Of a DNA stretch of 64,000 nucleotides, positions 8,702-19,234 are shown in pieces (the stretch's first letter is position 1; each line of letters begins with the position of its first letter). The stretch is from an uncultured Spirochaetaceae bacterium (lineage in GTDB: Bacteria > Spirochaetota > Spirochaetia > SZUA-6 > RPPD01). The position numbers and the translations under genes are program-made. The stretch spans positions 1,626 to 65,625 of the forward strand of contig CAZWYY010000002.1 in assembly GCA_964638895.1 (NCBI GenBank), in the 5' to 3' direction. The notes beneath the pieces are model-generated. The model ran no database searches. It saw only the letters and a list, made by a program, of their open reading frames with translations, and had not been told where the DNA came from.

Positions 8702-8729
8702 ATTCAAGGACACGAAAGGGGGGAATACC

Positions 8730-9869
8730 GTGGTCCTGAAACTGCTTTATCCGCTGGTAAAATACATCACCTTCTTTAACGTATTCCAGTATATCACCTT
8801 TCGCGCCGCGTACGCCGCGGTGACCGCCCTTCTGATCTCCTTTCTGTTCGGGCCCCGCATCATCAGGAAGCTGCAGGAGCTGAAGGTAGGCCAGAAGATC
8901 AGGCGGGACGGACCGGAGACCCACCTGTCCAAATCCGGGACCCCGACCATGGGCGGCATTCTAATCATTCTTTCCATCGTCATCGCGGTGCTGCTCTGGC
9001 AGAGCCTGGACAATACCTATACCTGGATCATCCTGCTGGCGGTGACGGGCTTCGGCGCCATCGGCTTTGTGGACGATTTCTTGAAGATAAAGCGCAAAAA
9101 CGCGGCCGGACTTACCAGCGGCTTCAAGTGGATCACCCAGTTCGCGCTGGCCCTGGCCGTGGCCCTGCTGATCTTTACCTTTAGGAACTACCATACGGTA
9201 AGCATTACGCCGCCCCTGTTCTCATCCATGAAGCTCGTCGTGCGCTATGACTATACCACCCTGCTTTACATCCCGTTCCTCAAAAACCCGGTAATGGATT
9301 TTTCCTACTTTTACATCCCGTTTTCCGTACTGCTACTTCTGGCCACCTCCAATGCGGTAAACTTGACCGATGGCCTGGACGGGCTGGCTACGGGCCTGGT
9401 GATTATGGTGGGGCTTACCTTTGCCATTATGGCCTACCTGACCGGAAACATCCGCTTTGCCGAATACCTGGGAATTCCCTTTATCGCCAACAGCGGCGAG
9501 CTGACCATCACCGGTCTGGCCCTGGTGGGGGCCTGCGTGGGGTTCCTGTGGTTTAACGCCCACCCGGCCGAGATTATGATGGGAGATACCGGCAGCCTGT
9601 CCCTGGGCGGGCTTGTGGGCGTGTTTGCGCTGATCCTGAAAAAAGAGGCGCTGATCATCATCATCGGCGGGGTGTTCGTAATCGAGACCCTGTCCGTGAT
9701 CATCCAGGTGGTATCGTTCAAACTCACCGGGAAAAGGGTGTTTTTAATGGCGCCCCTTCATCATCATTTTGAGTTAAAGGGCTGGAAAGAGTCCAAGGTG
9801 GTAACCCGCTTCTGGATCCTGGGCGGGCTGTTCGCCCTACTGGGGCTTTCCACGCTGAAAATACAATAG
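8730..9869 (+). CDS. mraY: Phospho-N-acetylmuramoyl-pentapeptide transferase MraY.
   Basis: MraY N-terminus LLYPLVKYITFFNVFQYITFRAAYAAVTALLISF, about ten transmembrane helices, and the DGLDGLA motif. The likely start is a GTG near 8730 after a GGGGGG ribosome-binding site. The 8382 ORF-track start would overlap murF. Confidence 0.85.
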   Translation: MVLKLLYPLVKYITFFNVFQYITFRAAYAAVTALLISFLFGPRIIRKLQELKVGQKIRRDGPETHLSKSGTPTMGGILIILSIVIAVLLWQSLDNTYTWIILLAVTGFGAIGFVDDFLKIKRKNAAGLTSGFKWITQFALALAVALLIFTFRNYHTVSITPPLFSSMKLVVRYDYTTLLYIPFLKNPVMDFSYFYIPFSVLLLLATSNAVNLTDGLDGLATGLVIMVGLTFAIMAYLTGNIRFAEYLGIPFIANSGELTITGLALVGACVGFLWFNAHPAEIMMGDTGSLSLGGLVGVFALILKKEALIIIIGGVFVIETLSVIIQVVSFKLTGKRVFLMAPLHHHFELKGWKESKVVTRFWILGGLFALLGLSTLKIQ

Positions 9870-9879
9870 AGGAAGGCCG

Positions 9880-11010
9880 GTGCAACAGGTGGAGAAGGTG
9901 CAAAGGGGGCAGATAGATTATTTCTTGCTGGTCATCATCATTCTGTTGTTCGGGGTGGGGCTGTCCGTGCTCTTTTCCGCTTCGTATGTTCATGCCGAGA
10001 AACTGGGTAAAAACCCCCAGTATTTTTTCAACAAACAGATCATCTGGCTGGTGTTGGGCGGGTTTTTCGCCTACCTGATTTCCCGGGCCCCCCTGGCGTT
10101 GATCAGAAAAAGCATTCCGTACGTGCTTGCGAGCGCCTTTTTAATTTCACTGCTGCCGTTTGTGCCGGGTCTGGGCAAGGACATCAACGGCGCGCGCCGT
10201 TGGATCTTCTTTTTCGATTACTCGTTTCAGCCGTCCGAGTACGTGAAACTGGCTCTCATTCTTTACCTGGCCTCGATCTTGAGTAAAAAAGAAAAAAAGC
10301 TCGACAATCCGCTTCACTCGCTGCTTCCCCCCCTGATCATGGTCTCGCTGTTCGTCGTAGTGATCTTCCTGCAGAACGATCTTTCCACGGCCGCGTTCAT
10401 CTTCTTTATGGCCGTGTCCTTGTTCTACATCGCCAAGATACGCCTTGTGTACTTTTTTTACTTGGCAACCATCGTGCTGCCCATCGGCATTGTTATTTTG
10501 TTCACCAAGACCTACTGGGTGGAAAAACTTATGGTGTTTCTGGACCCGGGCAGAAACCCGGACAGTACGGGGTACCAGATCATCACCTCCCGCATCTCCC
10601 TGACCACGGGCGGGCTGTGGGGCAGGGGCCTGGGCATGGGCGTGCAGAAGAAGTACCTGCCCGAGGCCAGCTCCGACTTCATCTTCGCCGTGGCCGGGGA
10701 GGAGCTGGGGTTTGTAGGGCTTTTCTTCATCATCATGCTGTTCGCCATGTTCGCCCTGCGCGGCTTCCAGATCGGGCTAAAAAGCAAGGACGGTTTTTCG
10801 TTTTTTCTGGCCTTCGGCATTACCTCCTGTATCCTGGTGCAGGCGCTGTGCAATATGTTCGTGGTGGCAGGGCTCATCCCCACCACCGGTATCCCCCTAC
10901 CGTTTTTTTCCCACGGGGGCTCGTCCATCGTCATCACACTGGTGATGTGCGGACTGCTGCTCAACCTTTCCCGCGCCTGTGCGGCAAGGGAGGAGGCTGT
11001 TTATGGCTGA
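9880..11010 (+). CDS. ftsW: Cell-division protein FtsW (SEDS family).
   Basis: Polytopic membrane protein of the FtsW/RodA family, positioned between mraY and ftsQ. Confidence 0.85.
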   Translation: MQQVEKVQRGQIDYFLLVIIILLFGVGLSVLFSASYVHAEKLGKNPQYFFNKQIIWLVLGGFFAYLISRAPLALIRKSIPYVLASAFLISLLPFVPGLGKDINGARRWIFFFDYSFQPSEYVKLALILYLASILSKKEKKLDNPLHSLLPPLIMVSLFVVVIFLQNDLSTAAFIFFMAVSLFYIAKIRLVYFFYLATIVLPIGIVILFTKTYWVEKLMVFLDPGRNPDSTGYQIITSRISLTTGGLWGRGLGMGVQKKYLPEASSDFIFAVAGEELGFVGLFFIIMLFAMFALRGFQIGLKSKDGFSFFLAFGITSCILVQALCNMFVVAGLIPTTGIPLPFFSHGGSSIVITLVMCGLLLNLSRACAAREEAVYG

Positions 11011-11809
11011 CGTACTGGCCTTTTCCTCAAAGAAAAAACAGGGGGCGGATACGGCAATCCGCAAGGTTTTGTGGGGCGTGATCATTATGCTGGTTATTTT
11101 TTCCGCGGCAGAGCTTTTTTTCCATTTTTTTATCGCCCCGCGCATCATGATAAAAAACATCGTGATCAGCAATGATACGGGCTTAAGCGAACAGGAAATA
11201 TTGCGTCTTGCAGGAATAAGCGGAAAGGAGTATTATTTTCTCATTAATGCCGCACAGATGAGAGAGAGGCTGATGACGCACCCCCTGGTAAAAGGCGCCG
11301 CCGTGGAAAAGATTTTTCCCAACACGCTCAAACTGACGCTTACGGGCAGGGTTCCGCTTATGGTCGTCCTGGTTGACTATGACAATCGCACCGTGCCCTT
11401 AAGCATCGATGAGGAAGGGGTGGTGTTCCAAATCGGCGTCGGGGTAAGCAATTTAAACCTGCCTGTGCTTTCCGGACTCAGGTTTGATAAACTGGAGCAG
11501 GGCATGCGCCTGCCTCCGGAGATGCTTCCCCTTCTCCGGGATTTTAAACGCATAAGCCGGTCTGAACCGGGGCTCCAGAGCTTGATCTCCGAGATCAAGG
11601 CGGTAAAAACGGACGCCGGTGATTTTGAGTATGTCGTCTATCCGGTAAACTATGCCAAGGGCGTACTGGTAGGCAGGCGCCTAGACGCTTCTATTATAAA
11701 GTATATGTTCATCGCCTTGAATCTTTTGGACCAGGAAGGTATGTTACAGAAAGTGCGGGATCTGGATTTCAGGACGGGCGAGCTTGTGTATAGAATGAAG
11801 GAGGAATAA
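11003..11809 (+). CDS. ftsQ: Cell-division protein FtsQ/DivIB.
   Basis: N-terminal transmembrane helix followed by a POTRA-like region. The ATG at about 11003 follows a GGAGG ribosome-binding site. It lies upstream of ftsA. Confidence 0.7.
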   Translation: MADVLAFSSKKKQGADTAIRKVLWGVIIMLVIFSAAELFFHFFIAPRIMIKNIVISNDTGLSEQEILRLAGISGKEYYFLINAAQMRERLMTHPLVKGAAVEKIFPNTLKLTLTGRVPLMVVLVDYDNRTVPLSIDEEGVVFQIGVGVSNLNLPVLSGLRFDKLEQGMRLPPEMLPLLRDFKRISRSEPGLQSLISEIKAVKTDAGDFEYVVYPVNYAKGVLVGRRLDASIIKYMFIALNLLDQEGMLQKVRDLDFRTGELVYRMKEE

Positions 11810-11813
11810 GCTA

Positions 11814-13046
11814 TTGCCTCAGGATGAAGTGATTGTGGGTCTGGATATCGGAACCACCAAGGTATGCGCCGTAATCGGCCAGTACGATGAAAACAACTCC
11901 CTGGAAGTAACGGGCGTGGGTTCGTATCCCACCAGGGGGCTGCGGCGTGGGATCATCATCAATATCGAGTCTACCGTAAAATCCATTGTCCAGGCCATAG
12001 AGGCAGCCGAAATGATGTCCGGAAAGGAAGTAAGCGAGGTATATACAGGGATCTCAGGCGCGCATATTGAGGGCATCAACTCCCGCGGGGTCGTGGCCGT
12101 TACGGGCAAGGGGCGTGAGATAACCAAGGAGGACGTTGACCGCGTCATCGATGCGGCCAAGGCCGTGGTTATCCCAATGGACCGGGTGATCCTGCACGTG
12201 ATTCCACAGGAGTACATCGTGGACGACCAGGGGGGGATCAAAAACCCGGTGGGCATGATCGGGGTACGCCTTGAGTCCGAGGTGCATATCGTTACCGGCT
12301 CGCTCTCCGCGGCCCAGAACATCATGAAAAGCGTGAACCGCGCCGGGTTCAAGGTGAATGAGCTTATCTTCGAAACCCTGGCCGCCTCACGCGCCGTGCT
12401 CTCCCAGGACGAAAAAGAGCTGGGCGTGCTGCTTATAGACCTGGGCGGAGGCACCACCAACATCCTGGTGCATATCGAGGGTTCGCCGTACCACAGTTCG
12501 ATTCTTTCCATCGGCGGAGACCAGGTGACAAGCGACCTTTCCATTATGTTGAAGACACCTTTAGATTCGGCGGAAAAGATCAAGCAGGAGGCGGGCTGCT
12601 GTTACATGGACCTGCTTGAGGACGACGAGGAGGTGCATATCCCGCGGGTAGGCGGAAGGCCGCCTGAGCGGATCTCGCGCAAGCGCATCGCCCAGATCAT
12701 CCAGCCGCGCATGGAGGAGATCTTCCGGCTTACCAGGGAGCAGATTGAAAACAAGGGCTACCTGAACAGGTTGGGCGGCGGGGTCGTTGTCGTGGGCGGG
12801 GGCGCGCTTCTGCTCGGGGTCACCGAATTGGCCACGGAAACATTCGGCCTGCCCGTGCGCGTGGGCTTTCCCCTGCGTCTGGGTGGCCTGGTTGAAGAGT
12901 ATTCCAGTCCCGTGTACGCCACGGCCGTGGGTCTTTTGCTTCAAGGCTCACAGCGGGGGGAAGGCGCGGGAATAGACATACAGCGCAAGGACCGTTCGCG
13001 CGGTACATTCACAAAAATAAAGGAGTGGTTTCAGGAATTTTTTTAG
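11814..13046 (+). CDS. ftsA: Cell-division protein FtsA.
   Basis: VIVGLDIGTTKVCAVIG actin-fold N-terminus. TTG start after an AGGAGGAA ribosome-binding site. Confidence 0.9.
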   Translation: MPQDEVIVGLDIGTTKVCAVIGQYDENNSLEVTGVGSYPTRGLRRGIIINIESTVKSIVQAIEAAEMMSGKEVSEVYTGISGAHIEGINSRGVVAVTGKGREITKEDVDRVIDAAKAVVIPMDRVILHVIPQEYIVDDQGGIKNPVGMIGVRLESEVHIVTGSLSAAQNIMKSVNRAGFKVNELIFETLAASRAVLSQDEKELGVLLIDLGGGTTNILVHIEGSPYHSSILSIGGDQVTSDLSIMLKTPLDSAEKIKQEAGCCYMDLLEDDEEVHIPRVGGRPPERISRKRIAQIIQPRMEEIFRLTREQIENKGYLNRLGGGVVVVGGGALLLGVTELATETFGLPVRVGFPLRLGGLVEEYSSPVYATAVGLLLQGSQRGEGAGIDIQRKDRSRGTFTKIKEWFQEFF

Positions 13047-13095
13047 GCGGTTAAAAAAGTTATTATACATCTAAAACATATTTCGGGAGGGGAGT

Positions 13096-14253
13096 ATGAC
13101 CATAGAAATGCTTGAAGATGACCATTCGAGCCCAACAGTTATAAGAGTAATCGGGGTTGGGGGCGGAGGCAACAACGCCTTGAACCGCATGATCAGCGCC
13201 GGGTTACAGCATGTCCAGTTTATCGCCGTCAACACGGATATCCAGGCCCTTACCACCTCAAAGGCCGGGACCAAGGTCCCGATAGGCTCCAAACTCACAG
13301 GGGGCCTGGGGGCCGGTGGAATCCCGGATATCGGGGAAAAGGCCGCGTTGGAAAACCAGGAGGAGCTGAAACAGATTCTCAAAGGCTCGGACATGCTGTT
13401 TATCACGGCCGGCATGGGGGGCGGCACGGGCACGGGAGCGGCACCCATCATCGCCCATATCGCGCGCGAGCTCAATATCCTGACCGTGGCCGTGGTTACA
13501 AAGCCGTTCGATTTCGAGGGCCGGAAAAAAATGGTGCTGGCGGAGCAGGGCCTGGCGCGCCTGCGTGAGTCGGTTGACACCCTGATAGTGATTCCCAACC
13601 AACATCTCCTAAAAATCGTGGAAAAACGCACACCCATCAAGGAGGCCTTTTTTATGGCCGACGACGTGCTGCGCCAGGGGGTACAGGGCATCTCCGACCT
13701 GATAACGGTGCCCGGTGAGATCAACATCGATTTTGCCGACGTCAAGACCATCATGAACGGACGCGGCGAGGCCATGATGGGCGTGGGCGTAGGGGCCGGT
13801 GACAACCGGGCCGTGGACGCGGCCACGCAGGCCATCAACAATCCGCTGCTGGAAGACTCAAGCATAGAGGGGGCCAAGGGCGTGCTGGTAAACGTGAGCG
13901 GAGGTGAGGACCTGTCCCTGACCGAATACGAGGAGATAGTCAAGATCATCACGGCCAATGCGGACGTGGACGCCCTGATCATCGCCGGCAATGCCATCGA
14001 CAACGCGCTTACCGACCAGATCAAGGTTACGGTGATCGCCACCGGATTCAACAAGGCGGTGCTGCATCCCAAAAAGGAGGCGGCGCAGGAGACCGATTCG
14101 GAGATCATCTCTTATAATGAGTGGATCGCCATGAGCAAGGGCATTAAAAGCAAGGCCGGCAACGATTACCTTCTGGGCAGGAACTCCACGGAAACCGAGC
14201 TGTGGGTGCCGACGATCCTGCGCAACAAGCGGGCGATGGGGCGGAATGACTGA
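13096..14253 (+). CDS. ftsZ: Cell-division GTPase FtsZ.
   Basis: [16 protein letters not shown] and the GGGTGTG tubulin signature. Confidence 0.95.
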   Translation: MTIEMLEDDHSSPTVIRVIGVGGGGNNALNRMISAGLQHVQFIAVNTDIQALTTSKAGTKVPIGSKLTGGLGAGGIPDIGEKAALENQEELKQILKGSDMLFITAGMGGGTGTGAAPIIAHIARELNILTVAVVTKPFDFEGRKKMVLAEQGLARLRESVDTLIVIPNQHLLKIVEKRTPIKEAFFMADDVLRQGVQGISDLITVPGEINIDFADVKTIMNGRGEAMMGVGVGAGDNRAVDAATQAINNPLLEDSSIEGAKGVLVNVSGGEDLSLTEYEEIVKIITANADVDALIIAGNAIDNALTDQIKVTVIATGFNKAVLHPKKEAAQETDSEIISYNEWIAMSKGIKSKAGNDYLLGRNSTETELWVPTILRNKRAMGRND

Positions 14254-15146
14254 TGAAAGCGGAGTTTGCGGGGATTTTACGGCTGTTTGAGGATTATATG
14301 CGCGTGGAGATGCGCCTGGCCGTACGCAGTGTGCTCACCTACCTGACGGAATGCAGACTGTTTCTGGAAAACCTGGAGGCGCAGCACAGGGAGCTTGCCG
14401 AGACCACGTCCAGGGACATCATCGAATACCTGGTTGCCCGGCAGGTGGACGGGCTTGACCAGCGCACCATCTCCAAGATATTGAGCAGCCTGCGCGCGTT
14501 CTATAATTACTGCATGCTGGAGAAACTGCACCAGGCCAACCCCGCCCAGTTGGTGGAGACGCCCCGTATTCCCAAGAAACTGCCCGCGGTGTTTTCACGA
14601 GAAGAGGTTGATGCGTTCCTGGGCGCCATCGACGATACCACGCCGCTGGGCATGCGGGACCGCGCCCTGTTCGAGCTGATCTACTCTTGCGGCCTGCGGG
14701 TATCCGAGGCCGTGGATCTTAAACTCGAACAACTGTTCTTAAAGGAGGGAATAATCAAGGTGTTGGGCAAGGGGTCCAAGGAACGGCTGGTGCCCATCGG
14801 CGAACACGCCGTCTACTGGCTTCTCCAGTACCTGAGCAATGCCCGGCCGCGGATCTGCGGACGGAAAGTACGCCTGGATTACGTATTCTTAAACCGCTGG
14901 GCGCGCAAGCTGTCGCGCAAGGGCATGTGGAAGCGCTTTAAAGAAATAGCGGGCGGCGCGGGCATACAGGGCAAGATACATACCCTGCGCCATTCATTTG
15001 CCACGCACATGCTCAAAGGGGGCGCGGACCTGCGCTCCGTACAGGAGCTTTTGGGCCATGCGGATATCGGCACCACCCAGATTTATACGCATCTGGAACA
15101 GGATGATCTGCAGAAATACCACAAGCGGTATCATCCCAGGGGCTGA
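14253..15146 (+). CDS. xerD: Tyrosine site-specific recombinase, XerD-like.
   Basis: R..HxxR..Y catalytic pattern ([36 protein letters not shown]) and XerCD-family size. Confidence 0.75.
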   Translation: MKAEFAGILRLFEDYMRVEMRLAVRSVLTYLTECRLFLENLEAQHRELAETTSRDIIEYLVARQVDGLDQRTISKILSSLRAFYNYCMLEKLHQANPAQLVETPRIPKKLPAVFSREEVDAFLGAIDDTTPLGMRDRALFELIYSCGLRVSEAVDLKLEQLFLKEGIIKVLGKGSKERLVPIGEHAVYWLLQYLSNARPRICGRKVRLDYVFLNRWARKLSRKGMWKRFKEIAGGAGIQGKIHTLRHSFATHMLKGGADLRSVQELLGHADIGTTQIYTHLEQDDLQKYHKRYHPRG

Positions 15147-15177
15147 TACGGATTGATATTATAGAAGGGAGACATAC

Positions 15178-16056
15178 ATGTCGGCCATGAAATCTTACAT
15201 CACAATAACCAGCCTCAGGCGCTGTCTTCCCCTGCTGATCTGCGTGCTGTTACTGGGCTGCAGGCCGAGGGTGTTTAATGAGAATATTCTGGAAACCCTG
15301 GCCCAAATGAAGGATTTTACCTATAAGAATAAACCCGTGCCCAAACAGACTATTGAAGAGATAAAAAACACAATTCTCATGTTTGAAAAAAATATTGAGG
15401 ATGCGGCCAAAGCAAAAGGCGAGCTGGCCCTGTATTATAAGATGTTGGCAAATAAATTTCTGGAGATCGAGGATTTGAAGCAGGCAATTGCCAACCTGAA
15501 ACAACGGCAGGAGGAGGCACCCGCGCAGAACACGGAAGGCTATGTGGATGTGCTGATCGTTAAATATGTGAACGAACAGATGTACAACGAGGCCCTCATT
15601 AACCTGAGACTGGCCATAGATATTACGCCGGAGAACCCCATTTTATTCGAATTGGCGGGAAGCTGCGCGGCGCACATGGCCAAGGCCATGGTGGCCGCGG
15701 ACCAGCAGGCCGGGCGGCAGACCCTGTTCGGCGATTCCTACTCTTATTATATGCGCGCTACCCAGCTTGATCCCGGCTATGTGGACGCGCTCAAGGGGTT
15801 GGCCGTACTTCTGATCTTCGAGCTTGATAGGGCGCCGGAGGCCGAGCAGTACCTGCTGCGTATACTTGATAAGGAAAAGAAAAATACCGAGGCCATGGCC
15901 CTGCTGGGCAGGGTGTATTACCAGGAACAGCGCTACGAAGACGCGCTGGCCCAGTATGAGCAAATCGAGTCCCTTACCACAAACCAGGTAATGAAGGATG
16001 AGGCCGCGAAAAACATAGAGATCATAAAGGAAAAAGCGCATGAGCAGTCACAATGA
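15178..16056 (+). CDS. TPR-repeat lipoprotein.
   Basis: Signal peptide with an LLLGC lipobox, and TPR-like repeats (ALLGRVYYQEQRYEDALAQYEQ). Confidence 0.55.
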   Translation: MSAMKSYITITSLRRCLPLLICVLLLGCRPRVFNENILETLAQMKDFTYKNKPVPKQTIEEIKNTILMFEKNIEDAAKAKGELALYYKMLANKFLEIEDLKQAIANLKQRQEEAPAQNTEGYVDVLIVKYVNEQMYNEALINLRLAIDITPENPILFELAGSCAAHMAKAMVAADQQAGRQTLFGDSYSYYMRATQLDPGYVDALKGLAVLLIFELDRAPEAEQYLLRILDKEKKNTEAMALLGRVYYQEQRYEDALAQYEQIESLTTNQVMKDEAAKNIEIIKEKAHEQSQ

Positions 16057-17086
16057 CATACTTTATCTGGCGATCAACAGGATCCCCTTTTTAAAGCCCA
16101 GGGAGAAGCTGCTGCTGGCCGGTGTAATTTCCTCAACGGAAGAGTTCTTAAGGTTTTCACGACGGGATCTTTTGCAAACCTTGGGCCGGAACATAAAGAC
16201 ACCGAGCTTCAGGCCGGAGCTTTTCGTGCGCCTGGCCGAATGTGATAAAAAATACTTGACGAAAGCGAATATTAAATACACTTTTTACAAAGAAGGGGGT
16301 TATCCCGGGCAGCTGGCCGAGATTTATGATCCGCCCCTGGTGCTGTACTACCGGGGCCGCGGGATCAGGCAGGATCTGGCGCTGGCGGCCGTGGTGGGTA
16401 CCAGGAAACCCACGGGAGAGGCGCTGATGCGCGCCTTTTCACTGGGCGTAGAGCTTTCCGCGGCCCGCGTGGGCGTTGTGTCGGGGCTGGCCAGGGGTAT
16501 AGATACGGCCGCGCATAAGGGAACCGTGTCCATCGGCGGTTACGCACTGGCCGTTCTGGGTAACGGCATAGACATGGTATACCCGGCTTCAAGCAAGCCC
16601 ACGGCCATAAAGATCCTTGAGGAGGGCGGGTGCCTGGTCAGCGAGTACCCTCCCGGCGTGCTTCCGCAAAAGTATCATTTCCCGGAGCGAAACCGCATCA
16701 TCAGCGGTTTGTCAACGGCGGTCGTGGTGGTGCAAGCACCCGCCCGGTCGGGAGCCCTGATTACCGCGGACTTTGCCCTAGACCAGGGCAGGGAGTTGTT
16801 CGTGCATTCAGTGGGCCTGGAAAGCGCCGCGGGCCGTGGAACGCGCCGGCTGCATGAGCAGGGCGCGACCGTCATAGACAACGCCTATCCCGTGGTCAGG
16901 GAGCTCCGGGGAACACGAAGCGAGACGGTGCCGGCCGCACACCCGGCAGCGCAAAGCGTACGGACGGCGCGGCGGGCGGGTGTCGATAACGAACCTGGGC
17001 CCGGAGTCTCGCTCGCCCGGCTGATGGAGCTGGAGCTTGACGAAAAAATATCCGTATACAACGGAGACTATTATCGGAGTGAGTAG
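16040..17086 (+). CDS. dprA: DNA-processing protein DprA (Smf).
   Basis: GIDTAAHKG...LAVLGNGIDMVYP...FPERNRIISGLS...SGALITA is the DprA Rossmann-domain signature. Confidence 0.85.
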   Translation: MSSHNDILYLAINRIPFLKPREKLLLAGVISSTEEFLRFSRRDLLQTLGRNIKTPSFRPELFVRLAECDKKYLTKANIKYTFYKEGGYPGQLAEIYDPPLVLYYRGRGIRQDLALAAVVGTRKPTGEALMRAFSLGVELSAARVGVVSGLARGIDTAAHKGTVSIGGYALAVLGNGIDMVYPASSKPTAIKILEEGGCLVSEYPPGVLPQKYHFPERNRIISGLSTAVVVVQAPARSGALITADFALDQGRELFVHSVGLESAAGRGTRRLHEQGATVIDNAYPVVRELRGTRSETVPAAHPAAQSVRTARRAGVDNEPGPGVSLARLMELELDEKISVYNGDYYRSE

Positions 17087-19234
17087 ATGAAACAGAATGG
17101 GAATATTCTGCTGATTGTGGAATCACCGGCCAAGGCCCGTACCATAGAGAAGTACCTTGGCAAAGGGTACCACGTGGAGGCGTCGATGGGGCACCTGATC
17201 GATCTGCCCAAATCACGCCTGGCCGTGGACGTGGAGCATGAGTTTGCCCCGGAATATATTACGGTGCGCGGAAAGGCCAAGATTTTAAAGAGCCTGGTAA
17301 AGCAGGCCAAAAATACGGAAAAAATTCTCTTGGCCTCGGATAACGACCGTGAGGGGGAGGCCATCTCCTTTCATATCAAAAACGCGATCCTGCGCAAGTA
17401 TCCGCACCTGAGCTTCGAGCGCATTGTGTTTAACGAGATTACGCCGGACGCCATTAGGGAGGCCATCAAGGAGCCCAGGGACATAGACCAGGATAAGGTA
17501 AACGCCCAGAAGGCCCGGCGCATCTTAGACCGGCTGGTGGGATACCATCTGTCGCCTATTCTCTGGGCCAAGGTCAAGAACGGGCTTTCGGCCGGAAGGG
17601 TGCAGTCCGTGGCCCTACACCTGCTGTGTGAACGCGAGAAGCAGGTGGAAGAGTTTATCCCGGAGGAGTACTGGTCCTTGAAGGCCCTGCTCAAGAAGAA
17701 GAGCAGAGGGTTTGAGGCGCTGCTGGTTGAGTATAAAGGGGAAAAACCACAACTCACATCACGGGCGGATGTGGAAAACATCATAAAGGAGCTTAACGAC
17801 AAAGATTTTATCGTAAAAAACATAAAGAACACGGAAAAGGTCATAAGGCCAAAGGCCCCCTTTACCACGTCCAAGCTGCAGCAGGCCGCGGCCAACCGGC
17901 TGGGGTTTACCTCGCGCAAGACAATGCGCGTGGCCCAGCAGTTGTACGAAGGCATAAACATCGGCAGCGACCGCGTGGGTCTGATTACCTATATGCGCAC
18001 CGATTCCACACGGATCGCGGGCAGCGCGCTCACCGCGGCGCGTGAGTTCATCAAACGGCACTATGAAAATGAGCTGCCGGAGAGCGCCAACATCTACAGC
18101 CCGGCCAAGGGCGCGCAGGATGCGCACGAGGCCATCCGCCCCACATATATAGACAAAACGCCGGAGTCCATAAGGCAGAGTCTGACCGCCGAACAGTTCA
18201 AACTGTACTCAATAATCTGGGAGCAGTTTATGGCCTCCCAGATGAAGCCGGCCAGATTGCTTACCACCTCGGTGGATATTACGGCCGGGGAAGCGGTGTT
18301 CAGGGTATCGAGCACCAAGATTGTTGAACAGGGCTTTCAGAAGGTGTTGCACATTCTGGCCTCCAGGGAAAAGAAGACGTTGCTGCCGCAGCTTACGACG
18401 GGCGAACGGGTCGAGTGCACGGGGTTCGAGCCGGAACAGCATTTTACCTCCGGTCCCTCCCGCTTCACGGACGCGTCCATCATCAAGACCCTCGAGGAAA
18501 AGGGCATCGGCAGGCCATCCACCTATGCGCCCATCATCTCGGTGCTGCTGGACCGCTATTACGTGGTGCGGAAAAACAAACAGCTTGTGCCCACAACCTT
18601 GGGCAGAATCATCGACGGCATGTTAATACGCTCATTCCCGGATATTCTTAATGTCAACTTTACCGCCCAAATGGAAAGCAGGCTTGATAGAATAGAGGAG
18701 CATGACCGTGAATGGGTGGCCATGTTACGGGATTTTTATGGGCCCTTTAAAAAACAAGTGGATCATGTCATGGAAACCCTGGAGTCCATCAAGGGTGTGC
18801 TGGATGAAGAGACCGATTTTGTGTGTGAAAAATGCGGCAGAAAGATGATCAAAAAGCTGGGACGCTTCGGCTTTTTCTTGGCCTGCTCCGGGTTTCCCGA
18901 GTGCCGGAACACCAAATCCGTGCCCCTGGCCGACTGCCCGCGCGACAACTGCAACGGGCAGATCATTACGCGCCGCAGGCAGGGCGGCAGGGGAAGGGAG
19001 TTTTACGGCTGCACCAACTACCCGGAATGCGATTTTATCACGCACTTCAAGCCCTTAAGCCAGAACTGTCCCAAGTGCGGTAAGTTTTTGGTGGAAAAAA
19101 CCGATAAAAAGTTCGGCTTTATCAAGGCATGCATCAATCCGGAATGCGATTACCTGCATACGGTGGAAGAATACGCGCCGGAGAAAAACGGGGAAACAAA
19201 CAACAATGATGAAGAGTCACGAAACAGTGCATAA
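17087..19234 (+). CDS. topA: DNA topoisomerase I with C-terminal zinc-ribbon repeats.
   Basis: TOPRIM N-terminus (ILLIVESPAKARTIEKYLG) and several C4 zinc ribbons, for example CEKCGRKM...CSGFPEC and CPKCGKF...CINPEC. Confidence 0.9.
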   Translation: MKQNGNILLIVESPAKARTIEKYLGKGYHVEASMGHLIDLPKSRLAVDVEHEFAPEYITVRGKAKILKSLVKQAKNTEKILLASDNDREGEAISFHIKNAILRKYPHLSFERIVFNEITPDAIREAIKEPRDIDQDKVNAQKARRILDRLVGYHLSPILWAKVKNGLSAGRVQSVALHLLCEREKQVEEFIPEEYWSLKALLKKKSRGFEALLVEYKGEKPQLTSRADVENIIKELNDKDFIVKNIKNTEKVIRPKAPFTTSKLQQAAANRLGFTSRKTMRVAQQLYEGINIGSDRVGLITYMRTDSTRIAGSALTAAREFIKRHYENELPESANIYSPAKGAQDAHEAIRPTYIDKTPESIRQSLTAEQFKLYSIIWEQFMASQMKPARLLTTSVDITAGEAVFRVSSTKIVEQGFQKVLHILASREKKTLLPQLTTGERVECTGFEPEQHFTSGPSRFTDASIIKTLEEKGIGRPSTYAPIISVLLDRYYVVRKNKQLVPTTLGRIIDGMLIRSFPDILNVNFTAQMESRLDRIEEHDREWVAMLRDFYGPFKKQVDHVMETLESIKGVLDEETDFVCEKCGRKMIKKLGRFGFFLACSGFPECRNTKSVPLADCPRDNCNGQIITRRRQGGRGREFYGCTNYPECDFITHFKPLSQNCPKCGKFLVEKTDKKFGFIKACINPECDYLHTVEEYAPEKNGETNNNDEESRNSA

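Noticed and set aside
11819-14108. Minus-strand ORFs of 254 aa and 345 aa across ftsA and ftsZ.
   Set aside because: Shadow frames of two of the best-conserved genes in the window. S/T/P-rich translations with no start context.
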